From positions 37,510,001-37,574,000 of the forward strand of contig NW_026262582.1 of the NCBI RefSeq assembly GCF_021869535.1: a stretch of DNA of 64,000 nucleotides, written 5' to 3'. The DNA is from Mytilus californianus (lineage: Eukaryota). The position numbers were made by a program, and so were the translations under genes. The notes beneath the pieces were generated by a model that did no database searches, was not told the DNA's origin, and saw nothing but the letters and a program-made list of their open reading frames with translations. Positions 26,101 through 36,959 of the stretch are shown one piece after another (positions within the stretch are counted from its first letter, which is position 1; each line of letters opens with the position of its first letter).

Positions 26101-29100
26101 GTAAGCACTATGAATACAACTCGAAATAATTTGTCCCAGTGGGAGAAAAAAGGCAGTATGTTTTACCTTTTCACAATAAAGAAAGTTTTGCCTTAACCAA
26201 CATCTCCCTAGCTTTTAAGAAGATTAATTTCATTGTTTTTTCATAGTTTGAATCAAAAATGGTTGTCATTGTTTCTTAATTTTATTGAGATAATGGACGA
26301 TCTTTGCATTGGTGTTGAGCATAATAATGTCTGCGTGTACATTTGTTAAACCTGGCCATCTCTTAGCTTCCGGTACACACGAGAGCTCTTGGGTTTTTGT
26401 AGGGTTCTTGTTGCATAGTATTTGTAAAGATGTCTATGAAGTGGCTTTTGACCTACATTTGCCCTTACGTTTTCAGTTTCTCTCTATTTTAATGTATATT
26501 TGGTATCGATTTGCTCGTTAGTCTATTATGCATCTTTTTTTTCTCTATTTGCCGACATTCAAAAGTGTAGGGTTGAGTACTTAGAAATCTCTAGCTTAAA
26601 ATTACATGTAAATGGTTTGTCCGAAATACGGAACATCATCAGTGGTTTAGCAATAGTTGAATGTGTTATTTAGTTTTAGGAAATAGAGTATTCGTGTCAG
26701 ATGTATCTGACAGATATATCCCTCTTTATCCCAAAATATTGTTTTAACTGTATTTTCTTACCAATAGTTATCCCTTTTTCTCTTGCTAGAAGTCCGATAA
26801 TTGTGAAAGAACCTCCGATCAGCACAAGAGGTAAAAGTACAAGCAAAATTATAGAATTTTGTTCCTTGTTTCCTTGTTTACTTTTTGGAACTACAACAGA
26901 TATAAATAAATGCAGATATATACATGAACAAAATGCTAAAGTAAAGATGGTCGGCAATAATAATCAATTTCATAATGTATTGTATTTAAGAATTGAATGT
27001 TTCTTTTTGTAAATTCATTGAGGTATAAAAGCGTTGACCGAACTACATTTTATATGAAATTACTATAAGAAGCATTCAAAACTGATAATTACATTTTTAG
27101 CTGATCATAAAACACGATTTCTATCAGAATGGTTTTACCTGTGCACTTGATTGCATTGGAGCTCGTGTCATCATGATGTAATATTTCATTTTAAATTGAA
27201 GGTTTATTTCAGAATGACGCGAGATGGCTGGAAGCCAATCAAAATAACGTTTTACAATGAAACATACATGACATGTAATTATATAAATATAAATTTGACC
27301 ATTGCTGAAAGTAGTTTTGATATTTGTATTGGTTGTTAAAGTCAAGTGGTTTTACTGTACTTACATTGAAAATTGGTAGTCTGTACAAGCATTGGAGTAC
27401 TTGATATGATCCCATAAATTTGAGTTGTATAACTTGTTGTAGTTGTTTCATTTTCTTTGTATTTGTCTTTAAGAAGCACATACAATTTGAAAAGTTAATT
27501 AATTAAATTAAGCTTTGATTCAATCACCAACGTCACATGTTCCTTATAAGATATCTCAATACAAGAAGCGAAAGTTACTAGATGGTCATTCAAACTTTTA
27601 AGTCCAAATTAAGATGACAACGCTATGGCTAAAAAAAACCAAAAGACAAACAATTGTACACACAACACAAAATAGCAAACTAGAGACAAAGCAATATGAA
27701 CCACATCAAAAACTTCCACTTGCATCTGTGATTTTAACTTCACTATTTGGAACTATTGGTTTTAAAGCGTCCTTGTGAACAGCAACCTTCTATCAAGGAA
27801 ATCATGTTGGGAAATACTAGCTCTGGGATATTGTATCAATTGGGAGTTTTAGACTCCGTGTGCAGGCGCTGTTGGAATGTTGATACATACAAATGGAAAG
27901 TTCACAATTTTGAAGCTGAAATCATCTTATTTGTCGTAAAGTTTTGTTTTCGACATACCTTAATTGTCATTTTCTAGATGTAAATTAAGATATTAGGCAA
28001 ACTTAACTGTATCTGTTCTGATCTTTATCTAATGCTCGATGAGATAGATTCGTTCAACATAGTAACCAAACTTTGAATTGTTTATTAAGATAACATAATT
28101 TGCATAGCGGAAAGTGAAGTTAAATGATACTGCTAACTTCTTATCTTTTTTCTATGAAGTTCCTTTATGAAGTCATTCTCATAAGAATAAAGGAACAAGT
28201 CGGAAAGAAGAAAGGCACGCGTGATTTCTATGGAAATGCCGATTGTTTGTTGAAAAAACACGTTCTTCAAACGTAAGAATTATTTTGTCAATAAAAAAAT
28301 TAAGTATCATGATAAAATCAGTTGCAGAGAATTTTTTTGTTTGAATCAAAATGATTTTTAACAAAATGGGATTTATTCCTCCATAAAGCAAGATACTTGT
28401 AGCGACTTTGGCCATTCTTTATCATGAAACAATGCAATACCTACTCTTTCAATTTGTTTTTTAGTTTGGAATGGGCAAAACTTGTGTTAAGTGTAGAAAA
28501 GTCAGATGCTTAAATACTACTGCAAGATGAAAGAGTTTTAGACTGAATGCACTCAAAAAGATCTTTGAATATTTTTAGTGGCCACGTCTGATTCACGCCA
28601 CCTCTAAAATAGGTAGTTTCACAATAACTTCATAGCCCGGCTTTGACTTCTTATAAAAATGACTAAGAAAGAGGTTTCGTGGAGCACTTGAAAGACCCAG
28701 CAATACACCGTAACTAGCAATGATATTGTTTGACATTCCTCGTAATTGCTAATGTTGAATGGGAACAAGGCAAATGATCTCATGGATTATTTCCATTGGC
28801 TGTAAAACTCTTGAATTTTGCATTATCCATCCGACAATGCAAAATGTTTAGACATTCAGCCTTGTGATTTCAATAAGGGGACATTTAGTTGCATGACTCG
28901 TGTAGGGAGAGTGTCACCTCATATACAGGGTACCAATGTCTTGAATAAATTATGCAGTACAATGTAGGTTATATATGTTATTCAGTCAATAGATAAATAT
29001 ATACTCATCAAAACATTTAAAAACCATTACACGAAATAATTAAAACAGAAAGAACACTAAGTTCCCTATAAACGTACCTAATAAAGAGACGTTATATCTC

Positions 29101-31477
29101 GTCTCATGAAACAGTCCATCATTGCTAAATCTGCAGATATAACAACCAGTGTTTTCCTCCTGAAAATTTATTATAATCAGGTCATAGCCTCCTGCATTTC
29201 CTTGCAGTGAATATTTGGTTAGGTTCAGGTTTGGGTTCTTGTCATTATTTAAAAAGTAAATGTCATTTCCCTGTCCTGCATTGATGACATATGGTCCTAA
29301 CCATGTCGCTTCTCCTTCAGAAATGGAACATTTCAAAACAAAAGTTCTGCCTTTTTGCACTTTCACCTTGATTGTTTCATTTCCAATTCCTGCGATTGAA
29401 GATAACACAAAAATACAATGCTACATACATTTCCATTTTTAACAGCCTTTTTCTACATTTTTGTCTGTATCATTATTAACATTTTGCAACTGTTGATCTT
29501 TCAATCTTTCCGGTAACCAGTAATCCCATGACATCAATAATATAATCATTAAAGTTTGGTATTACGTATACAAGAGAGCACATTTGCTACTAAAAACAAT
29601 AGACCTCAAGTGTGCAACAGTAAACATGTAAACACCTATAGTGTCTCTTTGACACATTCCCCATTTTCATTCTCAATTTAATGATTACGTGACAGACGTC
29701 CCTATTCATAAATTATGGTTAACACTAGTACAGTGTAAAATACTCTGTTCAAATAGAATATTTGAATTGTTTGAATACACATATAGTTCAGAATTGACAC
29801 AATTGTTTTCTGAGAAAACTCCATTCAAAAAATCATCGAAAGTATGAAATAATAGTATATTCTCAGCATACTCTAAATAGATATAAGAAGATGTGGTATG
29901 AGTGCCAATGAGACAACTCTCCTTCGAAGTCATAATTTGTATAAATAAACCATTATAGGTCAAATTACGGTCAAAAGTATACAAAGAGTTTGATATACCA
30001 TATAGTTATATAGTATCTAAGTTTGTCGTGTGTTTCGAGAAAGAATTATCATTGTTAATATTTACACTTGTGCATCAGTAACATATTTCATATCAGGGTA
30101 ATATACAATTCTAAAATGACTTCTTCACAAGCAGCTAAAATCCTACAAAATGTTTTTAAAACAAATGAATTTCCCAGGAAAATATATCGTTATTTTTGTT
30201 GATTCTACCTGTTCTAAGAGTATGAAGATGGTTGTTGTTCTTGTTTAATTCGTGTTTTGGTATTCTCTTATGAAGAAGAATTAAGTATTTAGGCTGCCTG
30301 TTTTTTTTCGTTTCTTTGACAGAGCAATATAATGTATCAACGGTGGAATGAGAGATCACGAAAATTAAAATAATGAAGTACTCTAACATGTCTAATGTGC
30401 TACAAGAAATGCGTACCACTCGGGGACACCTGAGATTCATTTATTTTGCTTAAACTTGATCATGTCGATATTGCTTTAGTTTTGAGGTTAGTACCTTTTT
30501 CTTTGCCATATGTCTGTGTCGTTTCAACCGGTAACAGTATTGTTTATACTTTGTCCTGCAAATCATGTTTCAATTGAAACATTTCACATTAGGTCAATTT
30601 GATCTTTGATTTACTGACTTGATGTTATTTTAGGGTTAATTCAGATTTATATATAGATAAGACCGTCAGTATTCCCGTTTGAATGGTTTTACACTAGTAA
30701 TTTTGAAGCACTTTATGACTTACTGTTTGCTGTGAGCCAAAGCTTCGTGTTGAAGACCATACTCTGACCTATAATAGTTTTCTTTTACAAATTGTGACTT
30801 GTCTCATTGGCACTCATACCACATCTTCTTATATCTAATTAATTACCGATCGCTATTGCGTGATGCTTAATCATATATTACACTCATATCAATTATCAAC
30901 GTATTCTAAACGTGTAACACGACCCGAAATCACATTATCTGCTTACCTTTCCGGAGCACACATGTCGGTGTTTGGTAGGGTTCGTGTTGCTCAGTTTACA
31001 ATTTAAATTACGGTGCTTTGTTGCTTTCACCTGTGGATTTATCGTTTAATTGTATTACGTTTGTTATGTCAGTGTATGTATAATCTGCTATACAGTTTTG
31101 GAATTTTATCATTGTTGGCGGTCGTTTGGTGACCTTTAGTTACTAACGTGTATGATATTTTGTCTCTGTTTGCAGAATATTTTTATGACAATCCTACAAC
31201 ATCTTCGTATTTTTTGATTTATTTTTCTTCCGATGTATATCGTTTTTGACGCAATGGCGTTGTAAATGTTTCTTTGAGGAAGGAGTTTTGGATGTCCTTT
31301 GGTATCTTTTGTCATTTTCTGTTATATTTTTCGTCTTTTGCTATTGCTTGTAGTTATGATACATTTTATATTCGCTGTAACTGGTGTCTCATTTGGGTCT
31401 TATATAAATATACCTGAAACAATTTGTATCGTAACTGCTATCGCAATCACAGCTAAAATTGCTAGCATTTCATTCAT
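16938..31477 (-). CDS. Receptor A: type I membrane protein, single V/I-set Ig domain, ITIM+ITSM tail, 375 aa; join(31477..31414,29389..29078,27466..27365,26890..26762,26071..26023,24000..23975,22994..22854,22097..22021,17165..16938)
   Basis: All nine exons have canonical AG/GT ends and compatible phases (1,1,1,1,2,1,1,0). They sum to 1128 nt = 376 codons with one terminal stop. Every exon has a counterpart with the same boundaries in paralog B. Confidence 0.88.
17458..17596. repeat. ~140-bp imperfect palindrome, part of a repeat extending to ~17775
   Basis: AAGGAATGACTGT...AAAAATGTGGTGCACACT..AACCGCGAAGCGGGTT..AGTGTGAACCACATTTTT...ACAGTCATTCCTT. Confidence 0.8.
17763..18012. mobile_element. 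Possible short-TIR MITE
   Basis: TTAGGTGT ... ACACCTAA ends only; short TIR could be chance. Confidence 0.35.
20436..20503 (+). repeat. Three to four imperfect 15-bp direct repeats (GTGACTTTWTGTCCK), probably subterminal repeats of a DNA transposon end
   Basis: Units at 20459, 20474, 20489 plus a degenerate unit at ~20436. Confidence 0.55.
22021..22097 (-). CDS. Receptor A exon 8 (DLGVCEYRSATSNERNTNESSAVKLH)
   Basis: ctttgcttttcag|; 77 nt, phase 1->0; donor CAT|GTAATG at the same position as in B. Confidence 0.8.
22854..22994 (-). CDS. Receptor A exon 7: cytoplasmic, with LYQN, EYIEP and IYVN motifs
   Basis: 141 nt, phase 1-1; ORF 22834..23022; donor CAG|GTAATT. Confidence 0.88.
23975..24000 (-). 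CDS. Receptor A exon 6: 26-nt micro-exon (SHTTTEEIN)
   Basis: ctatttcag| ... ATG|GTAAAT; phase 2->1 restores the frame; conserved in B. Confidence 0.8.
26023..26071 (-). CDS. Receptor A exon 5: 49-nt juxtamembrane exon (GEMLSSFLLSCRRDTE)
   Basis: ttttag| ... AAAG|GTAAAC; same length and phases (1->2) in B. Confidence 0.85.
26762..26890 (-). CDS. Receptor A exon 4: transmembrane helix SIILLVLLPLVLIGGSFTIIGLLA followed by REK
   Basis: 129 nt, phase 1-1; 24-residue hydrophobic stretch with no charged residue; donor G|GTAAGA. Confidence 0.9.
27365..27466 (-). CDS. Receptor A exon 3: Thr/Ser-rich stalk DKYKENETTTTSYTTQIYGIISSTPMLVQTTNFQ
   Basis: 102 nt, phase 1-1; donor T|GTAAGT; splice sites conserved in B. 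Confidence 0.85.
27560..27950 (-). mobile_element. PLE relic in intron 2 of receptor A
   Basis: Minus strand LYDK*DDFSFKIVNFPFVCINIPTAPAHG; followed by reverse-complement 3' tail. Confidence 0.7.
29078..29389 (-). CDS. Receptor A exon 2: Ig domain (C21...W30...NTGCYIC)
   Basis: 312 nt, phase 1-1; ORF 29040..29408; donor AG|GTACGT. Confidence 0.92.
30935..31330 (+). mobile_element. PLE-derived 3' end fragment(s); orthologous remnant at ~59270-59380; further tails at 8385-8535 and 57965-58030
   Basis: ctgcttacctttccggagcac...gggttcgtgttgctcag...ggatgtcctttggtatctttt motif shared with the 12778 copy. Confidence 0.6.
31414..31477 (-). CDS. Receptor A exon 1: signal peptide MNEMLAILAVIAIAVTIQIVS
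   Basis: Acceptor ttttttttatacag| before 31498, in-frame upstream TGA, donor CAG|GTATAT phase 1. Confidence 0.85.
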
Positions 31478-32185
31478 AGTCCACCAACTTCATTTTATCT
31501 GTATAAAAAAAACCAAGAATAAATGTTCAATTCTTGCAACAGGTAATTCATTGAGATATACACAACTTAGAGAAATACAGATAGTGTTCATTAAGTCTTT
31601 GAGTTGAGTTCTTGCTATTTTAAATACACAAATAACTCTTAAAACCGTTTTTGATTTATGTTCATACTATAACAACTGTCTTTCAAGCTTTTGTGATTCC
31701 AGGAGCGGATCCATGGTAGAGACAGTGGTGAGTGAAGAGAGGCTTAATCATTTTGAAGGATTTTATGCAACATTTAAATAAAAAAATCGTATCACACTAA
31801 TAGCAAGCAATCAAATGTGCCATTACATTGTTTTGTTAAATACTCATTGCATTAATAATAAAGTGTGTAAAGAAAGAATAATTCTGAAAGTGAAAACGAT
31901 GATAAAGAATATGTTTAACCAAGTCAATATATAATATTGTTTCAAATAAATGTTTGAAGCATGATACTGTTTAAATTGATGACGGGTTCACTAAAAAAAA
32001 GAAACCACACATGCACTATATAACATAACACTGTGAATCCATCATATAATACTTGTAACAGATCATAATTCTATTACGTGTATGGCAGTTTTGAAAATCA
32101 AGATAAGCGCCTGCAAAATATCAAAAAAATATACATGCGTATACACGTAAATCAAGTTTTTTCGTCATTATGGTTGACACTTTAC

Positions 32186-32290
32186 CTTTTTTGTTGCTCT
32201 TTTTATCCTCAAATAATTTATTTGTTATATCAAATGAATGCAGGTTCAAATTAGAATTTAATTTTCATTGTTGTCATATATCTACATATC
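32186..32290 (-). other. Probable non-coding first exon (5' UTR) of receptor A; start not defined
   Basis: GGATAAAAAGAGCAAC..AAAG|GTAAA donor context conserved with ~60463 in copy B; the signal exon has a splice acceptor upstream of its ATG. Confidence 0.5.
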
Positions 32291-32291
32291 G

Positions 32292-32445
32292 TTGAATTAT
32301 TTCCGTATTGTGGCACATTTAACTTGTAACACTTCATTACCAGCACAATTTCCGTAGTTGTATAAATGTATATAAATATATATGGAAACATTTTCAACGA
32401 TGAGTTGTGTTCAAGTTCAAACTCAATAAAAAAGGAAATAAAAAG
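32292..32445 (-). promoter_or_regulatory. Conserved upstream non-coding block (candidate promoter of A); counterpart at ~60605-60745
   Basis: TTTCCGTA-type motif twice, GCACAATTTCCGT and CAAGTTCAAACTCA retained in both paralogs while flanks diverge. Confidence 0.4.
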
Positions 32446-35238
32446 TTGTAATTAAGTTAAATTAAACAATCTTGAAAATTGGAATGTCACAGACAAAGGT
32501 TGTTGTTTAATCAAAAGACGTAATTATAGTAGGAAACGGGTTAATATAAGCTAACAGCTTGTTTCTGGATCCTATTAATTATTCACTTGCATAAATATGT
32601 AAATGCCAATTTGTGAACATTACTTAACATGAATGTAATTAATAAAATATGTTTCCACTAATCAAAATACGTCACTCCTGAGATAACTTTAGGTAATGAT
32701 GATACTGATAATTTGAATACATTTTTAATTATTGATAAGTACTTTTTTTTTATCATATAAACATAAACATAAGGAAATAAGGACTGCCAATTGGACAACT
32801 ATCCACCAAAGATCAAATGAAGTTGATGGAAGCAATTAAAATCCAAAAACAATGAGAAAAACACATTAATTCATACTTTTAGAGAAACATATTGATCTAA
32901 AAGTCTTAATTCATGTATCCTTTTAATAAACATAGAACATTAGCAACAGCAACTTTAAAATTTGTGATAAATATTATAATTGACCGATGACACAAGCGAT
33001 TTCTTTAAAACAGTTTATGTGAGACAATTTAGGTATGTAATGTTCATTAGTATTTTAAATTGATAGTCAACACAGCTAATCGAATGCAACTGTACGAATA
33101 TACTCTTCAGATTGATGCTGATGCATAACCTGATGTTCAGTGGTTACCGTTTGTTGATGAATGTTTATAAATGTTTCACGTTTGTTTCTCGTTTTTTTCA
33201 TATAGATTAGGCCGTGGGATTTCCTGTTTGAATGGTTTTAAATAGTCTAGTAATTGTTGTGCCTTTATAGCTTGCTATTCGGAATGAGCCAAGGCTCCGT
33301 GTTGAAGACCATACTTTGACCTATAATGGTTTACTTTGATCTTATTATTTTCATATTACACCTCATAAGAATTACCATGAGGAGACCCTCTTCGATGGAA
33401 CATTATGTTGTACCGATAAGGTGTCTTATTCCACAAGAGTTATCCGTGAACCCTATGATAAATTAGTTTCTGGTCTTATCATTTCTAAAACTACATAATT
33501 GCTTGATACAAACACATGATTACAATTATTCTAGATTTCAAATATCAATCATTAACTGTTCTAAATGATAAGGTGGGGATTTCTCAAGTGAAAATTAAAG
33601 TCTGAATTTTCCTTTCTTAAAGTTATGATTAATGGCAGTCATCCTCAAACTTTTGAAATTAAATGGTGCATGGCTGCTAGAATTATAAGTCTCAAGGAAA
33701 ACCTCAGCCACTACACTCTTATACTAACAACATTAATGTTATGGTTTAGTACTAGTAATATGAAGGAAAAAAAAAGATGACTCACACTATTTCCCGAATT
33801 ATGATGAATTACTTCGCAATGTTATTGAGTGAAGACCTATGAATTATAAGTATATTTCTTTGTATTGTTTGTTTGTTTGTTTTTTTTTTTTGGTTTAAAC
33901 TATGTTTTATAAAATACTTTTATGATTATAAGTATATTATTTTCCTTTGATATTGTATTGCATTGTATTGTTTGTTTAGTGTTTTTGTTTAAATTATGTT
34001 TTATAATATACTTTTCTGATTCCAATTCTTTTATAATTGTTTTGTTTCTGTGCTGCATTTGACAGAGGTGACCAACACTTATATGTTTACATGTAATGAT
34101 TTATATCAGAGTTTATAAACATAAAAAAAACGTTCGGAAAATATTGCAGACATCAACGAAATTCACTGCAGAAAAAAGGAGAACCATGGTCCATTTTCGC
34201 TGAACTAGTATACATTATTATTTTGGAGCCAGCTAAAACCCGCTTCCATTGTGCGATATTGTGTCGCTGTGTTGATGACCTATTGCTGGACTTCTGTTGC
34301 TTTTTGCTCTTTGGTCGTGCTATTGTCTCTTGAAATACGCAGCTACGTGCAGTCGATTTTGTTAGAAGAACCAGTATATTGTGTAGTGAAGGTGTCATGC
34401 TGTAATCGCGATAATGGATCATTCTAACTACTTTTGAGTGTTCCAAAGATATCCTGTTGTACGAATTAATTTATGTCCCTATCCAACGAGCCCTGATATT
34501 CTAGTGGCAGTCTAAATTTGCTTTAACTTCATTCCGACCAACCTACCATACAGATATATAAAAAAGAAGATGTGTATGATTGCCAATGAGACAGCTTTTC
34601 TTAAGAGACCAAAATCACACAGAAATTAACAACTATAGGTCACCGTACGGCCTTTAACGATGAGAAGATCTAATACCTCATCTAATGCATCTACTATTTA
34701 AGGTCTGAATATTCATTTGATATTTGCCACTAGACATTGAACAGACTATCATTTTTCAGTTGTCTATCGATTGCGCTTGACACTTCAAATACTGCACAAA
34801 AAAGGTGAAAGTATAAACGTGTTACTGATATGAATGAGGAAATGAATAATTCAAAACGTTTTTTCATCAGTTTCTTCTAGTTTCTATATTACTTTTGCGT
34901 ACTGGTCTGTTTACTTCCGCGTCATTATCAAACAATGGTGTCATGAAAATTTTGGGAAATTTATTTCTTGGTTTTTGTGTTCTTTAATCTGCTCTGATTC
35001 GGTCGACATTGACGAGTACCATGATGAAGAAATGTTCGTCTGTCGTAAGAAATTATAAACCTGACATTTTTTTTTTATACACTTTGTGTTTTCTAGGACA
35101 ATAAACTTCGTTGAAAGACAAGTGACAATGCATAATGCAAGCTCTGAATATACCAGATTATTTGTATTTTATAAAAGTTGACTGCGATATTAAAACAAAT
35201 ACATGTTCGAAAAGACAAATATATTAAGGATGTCAAAC

Positions 35239-36400
35239 TTAAGGATGTCCTTAGGAGACATTTAGAAAATTAAGAATTTGAGATTCATTCTCTGTAAGCA
35301 TAAAAAAATTTCTGGTAAAGGGTGGGAAAATGAGGATCTCAAATTTCAATGAAACTTGATACTTAATACTCATATGTCACCCTTGTTTGTTATTTAGTGT
35401 ACGATTGATACATGGAGTTGCCGTTGCCATGGATACCATACATTACAATACTTTTCTCATTCTCAAATCCGAGTTTCTTTTAGAGTTGGTTAAAATGGGT
35501 TGAACATATATAAAATTCAGTAAATTTCTTTGGCTAAAGACCAGATTCAGTTAAAATTATATTTTGTGTTGATATCATTTACATCGTCAGAACACTCTTC
35601 TGTAGTGCAGTTTGTGTTGTAATTGCAAAACAGTTTGTGTGTTTGCTGCTAAAGCTACTTTCATTTTCAACATAAACACAAAAGAGGTGTACTAAGCGAG
35701 ATAACTGTAGCAGAATTTTGCACTCCTGATAGTAAATTTCTGTATGATCAAGGTTCATTTTTTTTCTTATTTGAAATTAAACATATCTTTTTTTTGGCAT
35801 ATAAAAACTATTAATGGAAACTTTGTTAATTCTAAGGTGCAATTTGAAGAAACACCAAGTTGGATTTTTAAGGTTTCTACTGAAAATTATCTAAAAATGA
35901 ATTGTATGATAACCATGGCAATGAACATAACCGTTTTTTTTTATTATGACCATTATGTTTCTACATGACTAAGCATTCATTTAAAAAAAAAATATGAAAA
36001 TCTGTGACCACAGGTTTCCATCATACTTTGATGCTTACAGAGAATGGCTCTCAAGATTGATACTATAACTAGGAAGAGCATTAGTTAAGGAACAAAACAA
36101 GCTAAAAATGTTGTGGAGCTTTTTTTTCCGAGTTATTTGATTTTTAAAAAATGGCGGGAAAAGGTTGACTTGGACTTTTACCTCATATCTCATTGGTATT
36201 ATTTTGGTCTTAAAACGAAAGAACAGAAATATAGATTCTGCTTACATTTTGGTAAATAGCCTTTTATGAGCTATTTAGTCTGATATGAAAAGATAAATGG
36301 GTGATATGGGGCAAAATCTGTTACCTTGTATCATAAGGAAAATGTAGTCTATGTAATATTTAGCTCGATGTTTATCAATAAACCTGATCGTAGTTTTCTT
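35239..36400. mobile_element. Longer relative of the 7957-8357 MITE, opposite orientation; right end not resolved
   Basis: TTAA-GGATGTCCTTAGG start; ~36050-36340 is the reverse complement of ~8020-8310. Confidence 0.6.
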
Positions 36401-36959
36401 TAAATTAACAAACACATCTTTTAACTAGCAGATAATTGTATTATAATTTAAGCTTGGCCTCTACTAAACGTAGAATTTTAATGTGTTGTCTGAGGTAAAG
36501 CCCATGCAAAGATCTAATTCCTTGCTCGATTTTGACTTACTTTTTATCCTTTTTGGTTTATAGCTCTTCATTTTTTAATATCCTTAGGATTTACAAATGT
36601 TTTGGCTTCGTGCATCACTAAAGAGATATTTATTGTAGGAATGCGCAGAAAATTGTTACCGTTCATGTTATTACTACTAATGGGTCGATGCCTCTGCTGG
36701 TGGTCTGATAGTCCTTGGGGGGTATTACCAGCCAAGTAGCTTAGGTACTGGCAAGAAAATAAGAATTGTGTGTTATTGAGATTAGATGTTGCAAAATTTT
36801 GGAAATAATGTATCTTCCTCATGCAAATATCTGATTCCTTGCCCGGCTTTGGCTTACATAAACACTACACGTACTCATACTTTTCATACGCTTCAGCATG
36901 GTTTGCATATTGGAAAAAGAAGATACGAAGGCACAAGATGGGACTTTTTTGTTTATTTT

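Larger units (their letters stand above)
14600..33000. repeat. Segmental duplication unit A (direct copy of ~45400-60800); edges approximate
   Basis: Collinear exon, intron and flank similarity, e.g. 15260~46638, 16417~48940, 18420~50080, 22550~51960, 32961~60751. Confidence 0.8.

Noticed and set aside
26701-27012. Plus-strand ORFs 26701..27012 and 29260..29442
   Set aside because: Antisense shadows of the TM and Ig exons
34943-35044. Signal-peptide-like MKILGNLFLGF + (L)CSLICSDSVDIDEYHDEEMFVC|GTAAG on the plus strand
   Set aside because: Needs a 1-nt frameshift in a T-run and the next acceptor gives a stop; at most a pseudo-exon
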